Made by a program: the position numbers and the translations under genes. Under the pieces are notes generated by a model. The model was given only the letters and a program-made list of their open reading frames with translations, was not told the DNA's origin and did no database searches. DNA of 59,042 bases from a virus (Duplodnaviria; Caudoviricetes), in the IMG/VR virus record IMGVR_UViG_3300030110_001528, positions 1 to 59,042 of that record. The stretch is one strand, 5' to 3'. Shown piece by piece: positions 10,207-18,922 of this stretch. Positions within the stretch are counted from its first letter, which is position 1, and each line of letters opens with the position of its first letter.

Positions 10207-10695
10207 TTATACATAGGAAATATCACTAGGGTCAAGTATTGTTGCGATAATATTGTCATCATTTATCAATCTTACCTCTAAATTCTCAACTTTAAAGCGA
10301 TTTCCAGCATATCTTCCCATAAGAACCCAACTTTTCTCAGAACACCACGCTCCTGTTGGGAATTTCCCATTGTCAGAATAAGCATCTGGTCCAAGTTTAA
10401 CGACATAAGCGGCTACTGTTGCAAAACTTTCACGATCTCGTGTTGCATCAGGTATGTAAACACCGCCTTTTGTTTGAGAACCCATATAATAAGGTATAAC
10501 AAGTATCCTATATCCTACAGGTTGGGGAAGCCTTTCCAAAGCAGAACTGTCTAATTTGGAAGGGTCTTTTGAGTTTGGGTCAGTTTCTTGTTTTGGAAAT
10601 CCTTGTTTTATTGCGTTTGGGATTTCATTTGTTGCTCCTTTTTTACGTGCGTTAGCAATTCTTTCTGGCACGAATAGTTTTTTAACCATCTTCAA
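10207..10695 (-). CDS. groES: Co-chaperonin GroES/Cpn10 with an N-terminal extension
   Basis: PVGYRILV...TKGGVYIPD...GPDAY...RYAG...RLINDDNIIA. Confidence 0.85.
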   Translation of the reverse strand: MKMVKKLFVPERIANARKKGATNEIPNAIKQGFPKQETDPNSKDPSKLDSSALERLPQPVGYRILVIPYYMGSQTKGGVYIPDATRDRESFATVAAYVVKLGPDAYSDNGKFPTGAWCSEKSWVLMGRYAGNRFKVENLEVRLINDDNIIATILDPSDISYV

Positions 10696-10879
10696 TCTCT
10701 AAACCTTTCATCGCAGCTTTTATTTCATCTTCAGCGTAAGTCATGCCACGTATCTGACCTACAATGAACCGATAGTCCTCTATGGATTCTATCGCACCAT
10801 CCGAAAGCGTAACCATAAAGTTTTGTTTTCGCTCTCGTATGTTCTTTAACAAATGTTCGGCTAAATGTATTCCGTCCAT
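10682..10879 (-). CDS. Hypothetical protein
   Basis: 65 aa with EDYRFIVGQIRG; coupled to groES. Confidence 0.65.
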   Translation of the reverse strand: MDGIHLAEHLLKNIRERKQNFMVTLSDGAIESIEDYRFIVGQIRGMTYAEDEIKAAMKGLEIEDG

Positions 10880-11281
10880 TTATTTACCTTTTTTATTCAT
10901 TAATTGCAATCCTGTTTTACCGAACCTGTATCCAAATGAACTTCCAATACAAATATACAAACAGGTGGAGAACCAATTTGGCGTGGACTCCTCAAGAAAT
11001 ATAAATCCTTCCCTAACATATTCTTGCGAAAAAGGCAAAAATGAAGCCACTAGGATTGCCCCAAAAATTAGGGTCCAAAATTCATCTTTCCATGATCCTG
11101 CCATTTGTGCTGTAAGGTTTTGCTCATTAAGCATATCTGATGTCGCAGAAGTCTCATAGACCTTCGCTTCGGCTTTGGCTCTAGCGACTTTTACTTCTGT
11201 TTCAGCTTTGGCTTTATCCATTTTCCCTTGAATAAATGTACCAGCGATATTAGCAATAGGGCCTATTAATGAAGCAAACAT
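10880..11281 (-). CDS. Holin-like membrane protein
   Basis: 133 aa; SWKDEFW then two hydrophobic helices and a basic tail. Confidence 0.55.
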   Translation of the reverse strand: MFASLIGPIANIAGTFIQGKMDKAKAETEVKVARAKAEAKVYETSATSDMLNEQNLTAQMAGSWKDEFWTLIFGAILVASFLPFSQEYVREGFIFLEESTPNWFSTCLYICIGSSFGYRFGKTGLQLMNKKGK

Positions 11282-11682
11282 TATATAATCTCCGCTTTAC
11301 CACGTTTTTCTAGTAGTTCTGCAAAATCTTTTTCTTTTTTACCGCCATCATACGCCCAAGCATATCCTTCATCAATCATTAATTGATTGACAGATACAGG
11401 AGAGCCATCAGCATAAATCCAGCCAAGCATTCTTCCATATTTTCCATCTTTCTCTGTAGCTATTGTCAATACTTCAGCTTCTCTTAATTTTCTTTCTAAA
11501 ACGATTTTAGCTTCTATACCAAATTTTTTTTCATCCCCATCACTTGTTCGACTTTCAGGGCTGTCTATCCCCGCAACACGAACACGTTCTTTTTTTGTAA
11601 GACTAAAACCTAAGTCAATATTGACATCTACAGTGTCTCCATCAACAACTTTAACAACATCTTTTATTTTATATTCATACAT
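11281..11682 (-). CDS. Thermonuclease (SNase-like)
   Basis: VVDGDTVD, RVRVAGIDSPE and GKYGRMLG motifs; probable start at ATG 11682 (TAATG overlap). Confidence 0.85.
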   Translation of the reverse strand: MYEYKIKDVVKVVDGDTVDVNIDLGFSLTKKERVRVAGIDSPESRTSDGDEKKFGIEAKIVLERKLREAEVLTIATEKDGKYGRMLGWIYADGSPVSVNQLMIDEGYAWAYDGGKKEKDFAELLEKRGKAEII

Positions 11683-11972
11683 TAGCACTTCCACCTTTTT
11701 CTAGCTTGTCGTAAACGACTGTTTGGATTTTTAGCTGCTTTAGGGAATTTTTTCATTTGTCCTGCACTTCTAGCACAATACGATTTTCTACGCTTAGAAG
11801 CTTTACTACCTTTTTTTACTTTTCCTGTCACAGCACCTTTTAATTTACTACCAGGATTATCTCTACGATATTTAGCAATACCTTTCTTGGTCATACCAGC
11901 ACCTTTTTTAGTAGCTCTCTTATGACCCCCACCTATGGTATGACCTTTCATACTACCTTTTTCTTTTGCCAT
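11682..11972 (-). CDS. Basic conserved phage protein
   Basis: RRKSYCARSAG...PNSRLRQARKRWKC; probable start MAKEK at 11972. Confidence 0.7.
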   Translation of the reverse strand: MAKEKGSMKGHTIGGGHKRATKKGAGMTKKGIAKYRRDNPGSKLKGAVTGKVKKGSKASKRRKSYCARSAGQMKKFPKAAKNPNSRLRQARKRWKC

Positions 11973-12648
11973 CGTTATCCTCATTATATAAATTATCAAA
12001 AACTTTGTTTACATCTAATGTATAGTCTAAATTAGATTTTGAATAATGTATATGTTGTGAAGGTAAAAAATCTGGAGCACCTTCACCTGTTTCAAACCAT
12101 GCTGGATGTGTAACACGAACTCGGTTATTTGGCAATGCTACTATGTTTCCTGTCCATTCTCCTGCATCAAGTAAATACATAACGTGACTTTGTTTATGTT
12201 GTGCTGGATCATCAGCAATCTCACTATCTGTATAATCAACTGTAAACAAATACTTTGCTGGATACATCTCCCCACCTATCTTTGCAAGCCAAGGACATGG
12301 AGTAGCTCTATCTAAAGTATAGACAGCATGCGTGTGAGATGAACAATCCCAAGGTTGAACATCATGTACTTCCATAGGTTCGGGCCATTCTTCGACAGGT
12401 ATGTCAGACATTAAAGCAGTTATAGGCATTCTAGCCCACATAGCTCCGCCATGCACATTTGATTCGTCTGTATCGTCTGTCTCACAACCTGTGAATATTA
12501 CTTGAAAACTTAAACATCTGTTAGGCATGGTTGTTACAGCTATAGCCATAGCATGTAAAAACTCTCCGTGATACCTAAGATGATTACAAGTATATTCCCT
12601 TCTCACCCAACATTTAAATTGAGGAATATTACTTTGCAAATAGGGCAT
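11953..12648 (-). CDS. Conserved hypothetical phage protein
   Basis: 231 aa with GGAMWARMPI, QPWDC, YLFTVD, QHKQSH and PNNR. Confidence 0.75.
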   Translation of the reverse strand: MPYLQSNIPQFKCWVRREYTCNHLRYHGEFLHAMAIAVTTMPNRCLSFQVIFTGCETDDTDESNVHGGAMWARMPITALMSDIPVEEWPEPMEVHDVQPWDCSSHTHAVYTLDRATPCPWLAKIGGEMYPAKYLFTVDYTDSEIADDPAQHKQSHVMYLLDAGEWTGNIVALPNNRVRVTHPAWFETGEGAPDFLPSQHIHYSKSNLDYTLDVNKVFDNLYNEDNDGKRKR

Positions 12649-12815
12649 TACTTCTTGACTAGTTTGTAGCCTTTCTTATTAGCCGCTGATCTAATCTGTG
12701 CTACAGTCATTACTTTACCGCCATTTTTCATGCCTTTAGACTTAACTTTACCGCCATTTTTCATGCCTTTAGGTCTAACTTTACCGCCATTTTTATAGCC
12801 TTTTTTCTTCATCAT
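12648..12815 (-). CDS. 55-aa basic protein with three KG(M/Y)KNGGKV repeats (below the ORF-track cutoff)
   Basis: MMKKKGYKNGGKVRPKGMKNGGKVKSKGMKNGGKV...; AGGAG RBS; 33-bp tandem repeat. Confidence 0.7.
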   Translation of the reverse strand: MMKKKGYKNGGKVRPKGMKNGGKVKSKGMKNGGKVMTVAQIRSAANKKGYKLVKK

Positions 12816-12825
12816 TGTAATTCTC

Positions 12826-13107
12826 CTATGTTTTTTTTCTTCTTTTTAATGATTTCACTCTTCTAGGTCTACCCGCAGGTTGCCCTAATCTTTTCTTTTG
12901 TGCTATTCTAGTCCTTTTTTCTGTCTTTGTCATCTCCCCAGATGTTTTAGGAGTCTTTTTTGATATTCTTTTACTTGGTCTGCAATACGGAGTGCCTCGT
13001 TTCTCACCTTTTTTTCTTCCACAAGCCTTTCCTGTACGGACATCTTTCCAATCTTCTTTAAACCATCTTTTTAAAGCTAAACCTGATTTTGTTTTACGAA
13101 CAGCCAT
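12826..13107 (-). CDS. Basic protein, DUF5872-like
   Basis: LKRWFKEDWKDV...CGR...PYCRP. Confidence 0.7.
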   Translation of the reverse strand: MAVRKTKSGLALKRWFKEDWKDVRTGKACGRKKGEKRGTPYCRPSKRISKKTPKTSGEMTKTEKRTRIAQKKRLGQPAGRPRRVKSLKRRKKT

Positions 13108-13337
13108 TAAAAAATCCTAGTTGTTTTCCGTCTTGAATTTTCTACTTGACCACAGCCTTTAGCGATAAAACCACCTTTATTCATCTTTACAACACCACCT
13201 AATGCTTTTTTTACAGTTGATTTACCATAATTGGCAGCACCAACTTTTCGACATTTTGCAATAGCACCAGAAGCATAAGCTGATGGAAAAACTTTATAAC
13301 GTGCTTTAACTTTTCTATAACAAGCATCTTTTGGCAT
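13107..13337 (-). CDS. Basic hypothetical protein
   Basis: KDACYRKVKARYKVFPSAYASG motif. Confidence 0.7.
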   Translation of the reverse strand: MPKDACYRKVKARYKVFPSAYASGAIAKCRKVGAANYGKSTVKKALGGVVKMNKGGFIAKGCGQVENSRRKTTRIF

Positions 13338-13398
13338 ATTTTACTCCTTTTGGTGAGGGGTATCAATGGCACCCCTGCGATAAATACCCCTCATAGTA

Positions 13399-13710
13399 TT
13401 ATTCAATTACTACATCTTCTGTGTACAATGTAACTTTCTGCTCTAACAACTTTAATTGTATCTCAATATCTCTCATTCGTACAATACTTTCGCTTACAGA
13501 TTTTGGTGGCTCCCATTCATCTATCCATGTATCATTTTCTTCCACTTCAATAGTCAACATATCCATTTGGTGTTCAAGAAATGTAAGTCTTTCGGTTAAG
13601 CCAAAGTACAGCCATACTGATAGTCCTGTTAACGCAATCATAGATATTAAATTCCTTAAAGGAATATTGATATGACTGTCATCACTGATTTTTAATTCTG
13701 ATTTACTCAT
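13399..13710 (-). CDS. TM plus coiled-coil protein
   Basis: 103 aa with one hydrophobic helix. Confidence 0.55.
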   Translation of the reverse strand: MSKSELKISDDSHINIPLRNLISMIALTGLSVWLYFGLTERLTFLEHQMDMLTIEVEENDTWIDEWEPPKSVSESIVRMRDIEIQLKLLEQKVTLYTEDVVIE

Positions 13711-13814
13711 TATTATTTCTCACTAAGTATGATTCTTTTTCATCAAAAACAAAAATTGCTTTTTCTTTTTCTGTTTCCTTAACTAATTCTTTTTCAAACT
13801 TTTTTTTAAATTTA

Positions 13815-14054
13815 TTAATTCTCATTCTTAATCGTATTACTTTTTCTTCTAAATCCATTTTTTTGTTTACCACTTAAATATTTAGGGTCATTACTCTCCT
13901 TTTTTAGGTATGCAGTAAGTCGTGACGTAAACCCTTGAAAAAGCCGTTTGCTGATGCACGTTCTGGGAGCGGACCTTTTCTGCATATCTAAGGCACGTAT
14001 CCAGATCATTGAAATAGACATCTTCTTGTATCTCCGTTCCGTGTAAAATGACAA
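13815..14054 (-). CDS. Hypothetical protein (start uncertain)
   Basis: ORF in operon orientation. Confidence 0.35.
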   Translation of the reverse strand: MSFYTERRYKKMSISMIWIRALDMQKRSAPRTCISKRLFQGFTSRLTAYLKKESNDPKYLSGKQKNGFRRKSNTIKNEN

Positions 14055-14070
14055 TTAAGACCCATATCAC

Positions 14071-14805
14071 CTACTGGGAAACATTTGCTTGTGTATTAGA
14101 AACATTTGAACCATAACCACCACCAAACATACTCCCAAACATACCACCTAAACCACCCATAAATGGATTTTGCATCATATTATTACCTCCAAAACCAGGA
14201 AGTTGTTGAAAAGGTTGCTGAGTAGGTTGTTGTTGAAACATCTGACCTCTTCCACTTCTTCCAAACATACCACCCATGAATGGACTCATCATTCCACCAA
14301 ACATTCCATGTCCACCATATCCACCATAAGGTGACATACCAAACATACCTAATCCACCAAAGGGTGATCCATAACCACCCATCATACCCCCAAAAGGTAA
14401 ACCAAACATACCTCCCATTTGACCCATAAAAGGTCGAGGTTGTTGAAAACGATTTTGATTAAATTGTTGTCGAGCTAAATCCATCATTTTTTGGTATTGT
14501 TCGTTAATATCCATTGGTTCTGAAGGTGGTTTTACAGAAGGATCATATATAGGTTGGTCAAATTCAAAAGAGTCTTCACTAGGTTGTGGTGTTGGGGAAC
14601 CATCTAAATCACCCAAAAGTTTTTTTAACTTAGGCAATTTTGTTTTATCATCAAAAATACCTCCAGTACTAAAAGGATTTGGACTTTCTCTTTCTTGTTT
14701 TTGATAATCTTCAGCCGTATATTGAGGAAAAGGTCCTGTACCATATTTATGAAAACCATCTGCTGGGCCTGAATATCCTGTTGGATAAAACATTTGAAAT
14801 CCCAT
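14071..14805 (-). CDS. Low-complexity G/M/F/P/Q-rich protein
   Basis: 244 aa with repeated GGMFG / PFMGG. Confidence 0.65.
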   Translation of the reverse strand: MGFQMFYPTGYSGPADGFHKYGTGPFPQYTAEDYQKQERESPNPFSTGGIFDDKTKLPKLKKLLGDLDGSPTPQPSEDSFEFDQPIYDPSVKPPSEPMDINEQYQKMMDLARQQFNQNRFQQPRPFMGQMGGMFGLPFGGMMGGYGSPFGGLGMFGMSPYGGYGGHGMFGGMMSPFMGGMFGRSGRGQMFQQQPTQQPFQQLPGFGGNNMMQNPFMGGLGGMFGSMFGGGYGSNVSNTQANVSQ

Positions 14806-15134
14806 TATTTACCATTCTCCTTTGAACGAGTGAAAGCAGTCGTTCCCATAAAAGTAGCAACAATACCTAAATTTGCCACAACATACGTTGAAAGTAAAGC
14901 TGTTACCATTTCAACTCTTGTATCGGGTATTATAGGTGACATAACCAAAACAATAAGAAATATAGAAGACAAAGACGATACCCAACAAAGCATACGCTGT
15001 TGATCTTGCATTTTATCATTATTCTCAAGGCGTATCATTCGCTCTTCACGAGCTATTTCTTCATCGGTGACAATTCCGTCACCATCCAGATCATGTTTTA
15101 AAAATTTACTGTCTTTTTGAAGTTGTTTTGCCAT
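14805..15134 (-). CDS. Membrane protein with an EF-hand-like loop
   Basis: DLDGDGIVTDEE plus two TM helices. Confidence 0.65.
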   Translation of the reverse strand: MAKQLQKDSKFLKHDLDGDGIVTDEEIAREERMIRLENNDKMQDQQRMLCWVSSLSSIFLIVLVMSPIIPDTRVEMVTALLSTYVVANLGIVATFMGTTAFTRSKENGK

Positions 15135-15361
15135 TACTTATCGGTAAGCCATTTAAAAAACGGCTTCCTCTTTTTAGACCCAACAAATTCTTTAACCAAA
15201 TCCATAATGGTTTTTTTGTTTTTTACCCATGCTTCATTGGCTTCTGTAAAAGGGTCATCCCCTATGTATTGACCCTTTTCATCTCTTGCTCGTTTTAAAT
15301 CTTCTGTGCTCATCATAATTATCCTTGTTGTCGTTTCATGTAAATTAAATAAAATATCCAT
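15134..15361 (-). CDS. Hypothetical protein (true start probably later)
   Basis: RARDEKGQYIGDDP.T..NEAW motif. Confidence 0.5.
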   Translation of the reverse strand: MDILFNLHETTTRIIMMSTEDLKRARDEKGQYIGDDPFTEANEAWVKNKKTIMDLVKEFVGSKKRKPFFKWLTDK

Positions 15362-15798
15362 ATAAAAGCAATACCTATAACCGTTGCTCCAATAATAATA
15401 CTTGCTATTTCTAATACTTTTCTACGCATTTCAGCTTGAGCATACAAAGTTTCCTGACGCTGTTTTCTAATCTTAACTTGCATTTTTAACAAATCATTCC
15501 AAGCATTCGGTCCATGCGTCATATTTATCCAAGTGCGAAGTTCGTCTTCCATAGCTTCAGCTTTCTTCTTAGCAGCAAAAGCATCCATTGCTTCCTGTTC
15601 AACTGAAGAACCCGCAAATAATTTCTTAAACATAGGAGGGTTCTTCGCCATATCAACAGAATGGTTAACATCTGAAATAGCCCCCATCCAACGCCCTAAA
15701 TCCGAATACATAGATTCCACGTCACGCCCTGCGGAAAAGCCTTTTTTAATTAGCGTGAAAGCGGAACTAGCCGCAGCGATTGCCGTTACGGGGTCCAT
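15319..15798 (-). CDS. Conserved protein with C-terminal TM helix
   Basis: 159 aa, MDPVTAIAAAS start. Confidence 0.65.
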   Translation of the reverse strand: MDPVTAIAAASSAFTLIKKGFSAGRDVESMYSDLGRWMGAISDVNHSVDMAKNPPMFKKLFAGSSVEQEAMDAFAAKKKAEAMEDELRTWINMTHGPNAWNDLLKMQVKIRKQRQETLYAQAEMRRKVLEIASIIIGATVIGIAFIWIFYLIYMKRQQG

Positions 15799-15814
15799 TT
15801 AAAAAACCTTGCAA

Positions 15815-16240
15815 TTAATAAATCCCACTATTTCTTTTGCCACTTGTTTGGCTGGAAGTTCCACCTGTTACTGCTCCACCTTTACTATAGTTTTTAACTT
15901 CTTTACCTGTTCTTTTTCTTGAACCAACTTCAGGAATAGGTGTATCTATAGTTTTTTGAAGATTTTTAAATGTTGTAGCTAAACCTTTAGTTGATATATC
16001 ATAAGGCATTTTTAAAACTTGACCAGTACGTTTTGCAACTTCTTTAAACTCATCAAATTTTGTATATTCTCTACCTTTTCTTCTTGAAGCCATAGAGCCA
16101 CTCTTTTTAGCTTCACCACCTCCATTATAGCCTTTAACTTCACCACCTTTTTTCATAAAACCCATTTTATTACGAACTTCAGTTGGTAATTTACCTAAAC
16201 CTTTATTACCTTCAGGTACTGACTTTAAGTTTTTTCCCAT
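15815..16240 (-). CDS. Basic protein with xxGG motifs
   Basis: 141 aa; GLGKLPTEVRNKMGFMKKGG. Confidence 0.65.
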   Translation of the reverse strand: MGKNLKSVPEGNKGLGKLPTEVRNKMGFMKKGGEVKGYNGGGEAKKSGSMASRRKGREYTKFDEFKEVAKRTGQVLKMPYDISTKGLATTFKNLQKTIDTPIPEVGSRKRTGKEVKNYSKGGAVTGGTSSQTSGKRNSGIY

Positions 16241-16242
16241 AA

Positions 16243-16473
16243 CTATTTCTCCTTCTTCTTTGGTCTACCTTTTTTCTTTGCCTTTGGCTCTGTAACTTTA
16301 GGTGTAGCTTTTACCTCACCACTGTCAACCACCTTTTCCACTACAGGTTCTTCAACCTTTTTTACAATAGTTTCTGCTACAGGTTCAGGTATTACACCTT
16401 CTTTAACTTGTCTTCTTTCTACCTTTTTCTGTTTTTCAACTTGATAGACTTTTGCCATTACTGAACTAACCAT
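16243..16473 (-). CDS. K/E/V-rich protein with an AT-hook-like tail
   Basis: Start at 16473 after AGGAGG; ends KKKGRPKKKEK. Confidence 0.6.
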   Translation of the reverse strand: MVSSVMAKVYQVEKQKKVERRQVKEGVIPEPVAETIVKKVEEPVVEKVVDSGEVKATPKVTEPKAKKKGRPKKKEK

Positions 16474-18922
16474 TTTTAGACCTCCTATTGTTAGCGTTAA
16501 ATACTGCAATATCTTTTTGAGCCTGTATACGCTCTTCTGCAATACGTGTTTTATCATCTAATGTCTCCTCTTGGATATCAATTCTCTGTTGATCGACAAG
16601 ACGCTGATTTCTTTCTTTTTCACGTTCAAGTTCTTGTTTCTTTTCAAATTCTTCAGCTTTACGCTCTACATCCGCACCTTTTATAGACAATTCCTGTTTT
16701 CGTATTTCTACTAACGGGTCATCACCTGAAGATGGGGAAATTGTTTGAGCATACTTTTCTGTTAACTCACCAATAATCTCAGCAGCACGATTTTCAACTT
16801 GACTTTGAATCTGTTGCATCATTTGTGGGTTTTGTTGCATCATCATTTGTTCTTCTGGCGGTATTTCTGACATAACTTCGGCTTGTGCCATAGCTTCAGC
16901 CATCATACCTATGTGCTCTTGTATATGACCTTGCAATGTCATAACAATAGAAGCATTCATTTGTGCAACAGGCGTAGACAATATCGCCAGATGTGCTTCA
17001 ATATGAGCTTCGTGATTTTGTTGAGGGAATGCCTGTAATCGACCACCTCTCATTGCCTCTTGGTTTTCTTTAGCAGGGTTCATCGGCATTGGTTGTTTTG
17101 GTTGCGGTAATAACTGATCAATGTTCGATACACCTAAAGCTTCATACATCTTACGATAAGCTTGATACAAACCTTGTTCACCACCATGAATTTGGGGATT
17201 GCTTTGCACAAGTTGCAATTCAGTCTGTGCCAACGAGATACGTTGCGACATTGAAAAAATGTTCGGGTCACTTACTGGAATAACATCAATACGGTCATCA
17301 AAGTCAGTTTGCTTCACCATAGGAGGAGCACCGGGCACTTGATACGGATAAGGTGTTGCAACTTTAGCAAAAACTTGAGCTAAAAGTTTAAATTCCTGTT
17401 TTTGTGAATAATGAAGCCTTTTATGGATAGCACTCATTACTTTTGTACCACGTTCCATAATTGCCATCGTTGTTCCAACAGGTGTTTCTCCACCCATCTC
17501 ACTAATTTTCATGTCAGCCATAGAAGCAAAACGTCTACCTGAATCAACCAACGTACCAAGCAATTGATACAATGTTCCAGATGGCTCTTTAAAAGGTAAT
17601 GGCATCAATGATTGACGTATATCCATACCTGCAACATCAATGTCTCTAAACTCACCGGGTGATAAAGGTGTGTCTTCATCTCGTATTCTTGCACCCCTTG
17701 CTTTAAAGCCCGCAGGTAAATTACTTAATGTTCCTGCATCAATAAGCTGTCTTAATAAACTTGTAGAAGCTTTTGCAAGACCCCCCATCATGTGGGTTAA
17801 GCCAAAGCCATAAAATCCCAAACCGGGGAGAAACTTATAATGCACAAAATATTGTTTTTTACGCATTAAAGGATCAGATTCCTCATAATTCCTTCTTATA
17901 GAAAGTATATCACCAGTTTTTTCTAAAATAGATACAATGTAAGGAAATTTAAGTCCTGTCGGCTCTCCTTGTTCATCCATATCCTCAAAACCTTGCAAAT
18001 CAAGGTTAGTATGAACTTCATGGATAACCAAGTCTTCATCGTTAGATGAAGGAGACATACCATCAGATTTATCCAGTTCTTCTTGAATATCTGTGTAGTC
18101 ATTAGATGATGAGCTTAATTCGGGGAGGTCAATATCTTTATAAAACCCTGTAATTTGCAATTTACGCACATCATTTGTACTCATTGTCACAACATGAGTA
18201 ACACGACTTGCCGTTAATAAATCTGTAGCAGAATAAGGAACAATAACATCTTCTGCATGGACAAACTTACTTACAGCTCTTTGCAAAAGAGGATCAAAAT
18301 AGATTTTCTTAAAAGTTGAACCTACAATTGGCAAATAAAACAACATCTGGTCTAACTCTGGGTCAAACTCTTCCATTGTGCAAGTTATCTCATAATTCAT
18401 GTAATTCTTAACACGTTCTGCCTGTTGAACAACTTCGGGTGTTTCTTGACCCATAACATGAACTCTTACAGGTCCACCCGCTGGAAGTAACTCACGATAA
18501 GCTTGAGCTTGAAATTGTGTTATGCTTTCTGAGAGAAGCGGATGGATAACACCTGTTGCTCCCTCAAAAGGCTCAGATCGGTCTTCGTAGTTAACACCAA
18601 GAAGTTCTAAACCTGACTTATATATTTTTTCCCAATCATCACGAGATGATAAATCATCTTGAATGGATTGTGTTAAATCGCCTGAAACACGACCTAATTC
18701 ATCTTCATCTACAAAATCAGCCAAGTTAGCATCAAAAGGTATCTGTTCTGTTGGCATAGGTTCGTCTTGAGGAAGTTCACCTATAACAGCACTGCCATCA
18801 TCCATTTCCATAACATTTGGAGCCGCTGGCATCTCAACAACATCAACAGGTACGTCTGGAATTTGCCCTAGACCTTCTGGGATTATTGGTTCGCCACCTG
18901 GTCCTAATGGAATCTCAGCCAT
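16466..18922 (-). CDS. Portal protein (P22-like podoviral)
   Basis: 818 aa with SRDDWE, HPLLSE, GSTFKKIYFD and GFYGFG; coiled-coil C-terminus. Confidence 0.9.
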   Translation of the reverse strand: MAEIPLGPGGEPIIPEGLGQIPDVPVDVVEMPAAPNVMEMDDGSAVIGELPQDEPMPTEQIPFDANLADFVDEDELGRVSGDLTQSIQDDLSSRDDWEKIYKSGLELLGVNYEDRSEPFEGATGVIHPLLSESITQFQAQAYRELLPAGGPVRVHVMGQETPEVVQQAERVKNYMNYEITCTMEEFDPELDQMLFYLPIVGSTFKKIYFDPLLQRAVSKFVHAEDVIVPYSATDLLTASRVTHVVTMSTNDVRKLQITGFYKDIDLPELSSSSNDYTDIQEELDKSDGMSPSSNDEDLVIHEVHTNLDLQGFEDMDEQGEPTGLKFPYIVSILEKTGDILSIRRNYEESDPLMRKKQYFVHYKFLPGLGFYGFGLTHMMGGLAKASTSLLRQLIDAGTLSNLPAGFKARGARIRDEDTPLSPGEFRDIDVAGMDIRQSLMPLPFKEPSGTLYQLLGTLVDSGRRFASMADMKISEMGGETPVGTTMAIMERGTKVMSAIHKRLHYSQKQEFKLLAQVFAKVATPYPYQVPGAPPMVKQTDFDDRIDVIPVSDPNIFSMSQRISLAQTELQLVQSNPQIHGGEQGLYQAYRKMYEALGVSNIDQLLPQPKQPMPMNPAKENQEAMRGGRLQAFPQQNHEAHIEAHLAILSTPVAQMNASIVMTLQGHIQEHIGMMAEAMAQAEVMSEIPPEEQMMMQQNPQMMQQIQSQVENRAAEIIGELTEKYAQTISPSSGDDPLVEIRKQELSIKGADVERKAEEFEKKQELEREKERNQRLVDQQRIDIQEETLDDKTRIAEERIQAQKDIAVFNANNRRSKNG

